Part shown: positions 63,471 to 64,000 of the stretch, piece after piece
Position numbering within the stretch: the stretch's first letter is position 1
How the letters are laid out: each line of letters opens with the position of its first letter
Assembly: GCA_021818285.1 (NCBI GenBank)
Contig: JAKAEO010000002.1
Location: 13,363 to 77,362 of the forward strand
Direction: 5' to 3'
Length of the DNA: 64,000 bases
DNA from: Myxococcales bacterium
GTDB lineage: Bacteria; Myxococcota; Myxococcia; Myxococcales; Anaeromyxobacteraceae
Notes under the pieces: generated by a model
What the model saw: the letters and a program-made list of their open reading frames with translations, nothing else
The model's database searches: none
Told to the model about the DNA's origin: nothing
Made by a program: the position numbers and the translations under genes

Positions 63471-64000
63471 TGGAGGCCGGCGGGCAGCTGGTGGCGCACG
63501 TGGTCCGGCTGGCCCGGGCGCTGCGCGCCGCCGGGATGCCGGTGGGCACCGGCCGGGTGCTGGACGCGGTGGGCGCCGCCTCCGAGGTCGGCCTCTCGGC
63601 GCGCCGGGACCTCTACTGGGCGCTCCACGCCGCCCTGGTGAGCCGGCCCGAGCACCGGCCGCTCTTCGACGAGGCCTTCCGGCTGGTGTTCCGCGAGCCC
63701 TCGCCGCTCCCCGCGGGGCTGGAGCTGCTCCTGCCTCGCTCCGGCCTGCCGCCGCCGGAGCGGCGCGAGCCGATCCGCCGCGTCGCCGAGGCGCTGGCCG
63801 TCCCCCGCACCGGCCGGCTGGCGGCCCCGGACCGGACCCTGGAGGTGGACGCGGTGGCGGCCTGGTCCGACCGGGAGCGGCTGCGCCACCGCGACTTCGA
63901 GCAGATGACGGCCGAGGAGGTGCGCGAGGCCGAGGCGGCGGTGGCCCGGCTGCGGCTCCCGGTCCGCGCGCTGCCCACCCGGCGCCAGGTCCCCGACCCG
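63470..64000 (+). CDS. coxE: CoxE-like VWA-domain maturation protein, 3'-partial at the window edge
   Basis: The ATG overlaps the coxD stop (TGATG). MEAGGQLVAHVVRLARALRAAGMPVGTGRVLDAV... is the typical CoxE N-terminus. Confidence 0.7.
   Translation, partial: MEAGGQLVAHVVRLARALRAAGMPVGTGRVLDAVGAASEVGLSARRDLYWALHAALVSRPEHRPLFDEAFRLVFREPSPLPAGLELLLPRSGLPPPERREPIRRVAEALAVPRTGRLAAPDRTLEVDAVAAWSDRERLRHRDFEQMTAEEVREAEAAVARLRLPVRALPTRRQVPDP

Overview
High-GC (about 72-75%) chromosomal segment, Myxococcota-like (Anaeromyxobacter-type codon usage and gene content), densely coding on both strands with many GTGA/ATGA start-stop overlaps.

Roughly 1-11,600 is a mobile-element and defence graveyard. It holds a 5'-truncated phage-type integrase fragment at the window edge; a complete IS3-family element (orfA/orfB, A7G -1 slippery site, 16-bp perfect terminal inverted repeats); a 3'-truncated archaeo-eukaryotic-primase (AEP)-type primase-polymerase gene ending exactly at the IS boundary; an AbiEi/AbiEii abortive-infection pair; a tRNA 3'-end remnant that looks like an island att site; a DUF4143 AAA ATPase; a UPF0158/TPR protein; a frameshifted second integrase; a two-gene hypothetical module; a G14 homopolymer; a VapBC pair with an inverted-repeat operator; and a tRNA-like element.

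The remainder is core metabolism and regulation. In order: an ECF sigma/anti-sigma pair with a divergent secreted protein; an FG-GAP/esterase gene with a frameshift; a tartrate dehydratase operon (ttdA-ttdB-MFS) with divergent LysR; two MFS transporters; a PaaI thioesterase; a YciI-like protein; ketopantoate reductase; a two-subunit Mo-hydroxylase (IorAB-like); a BNR protein followed by an unusual MoaD/ThiS-like (GG tail), CN-hydrolase-like and transglutaminase-like cassette; a LysR and dienelactone hydrolase; an unusually long fused biotin carboxylase-BCCP plus carboxyltransferase plus acyl-CoA dehydrogenase; a lower-GC insert with a lipoprotein and a small Cys-containing secreted protein; an AmmeMemoRadiSam system with MEMO1 and AMMECR1 fused; a CBS protein; an M1 peptidase; a conserved SPFH-AdoMetDC-DUF4178-DUF350-spermidine-synthase-like-FAD-amine-oxidase cluster; a PAS-GAF-GGDEF diguanylate cyclase; a ferredoxin; and a form-II (AYRGAGR) CO-dehydrogenase-like coxS-L-M-D-E cluster.

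No CRISPR array or rRNA was seen. Many of the long ORFs in the six-frame track are Arg/Gly/Pro-rich off-frame or antisense artefacts of the GC content and were rejected.
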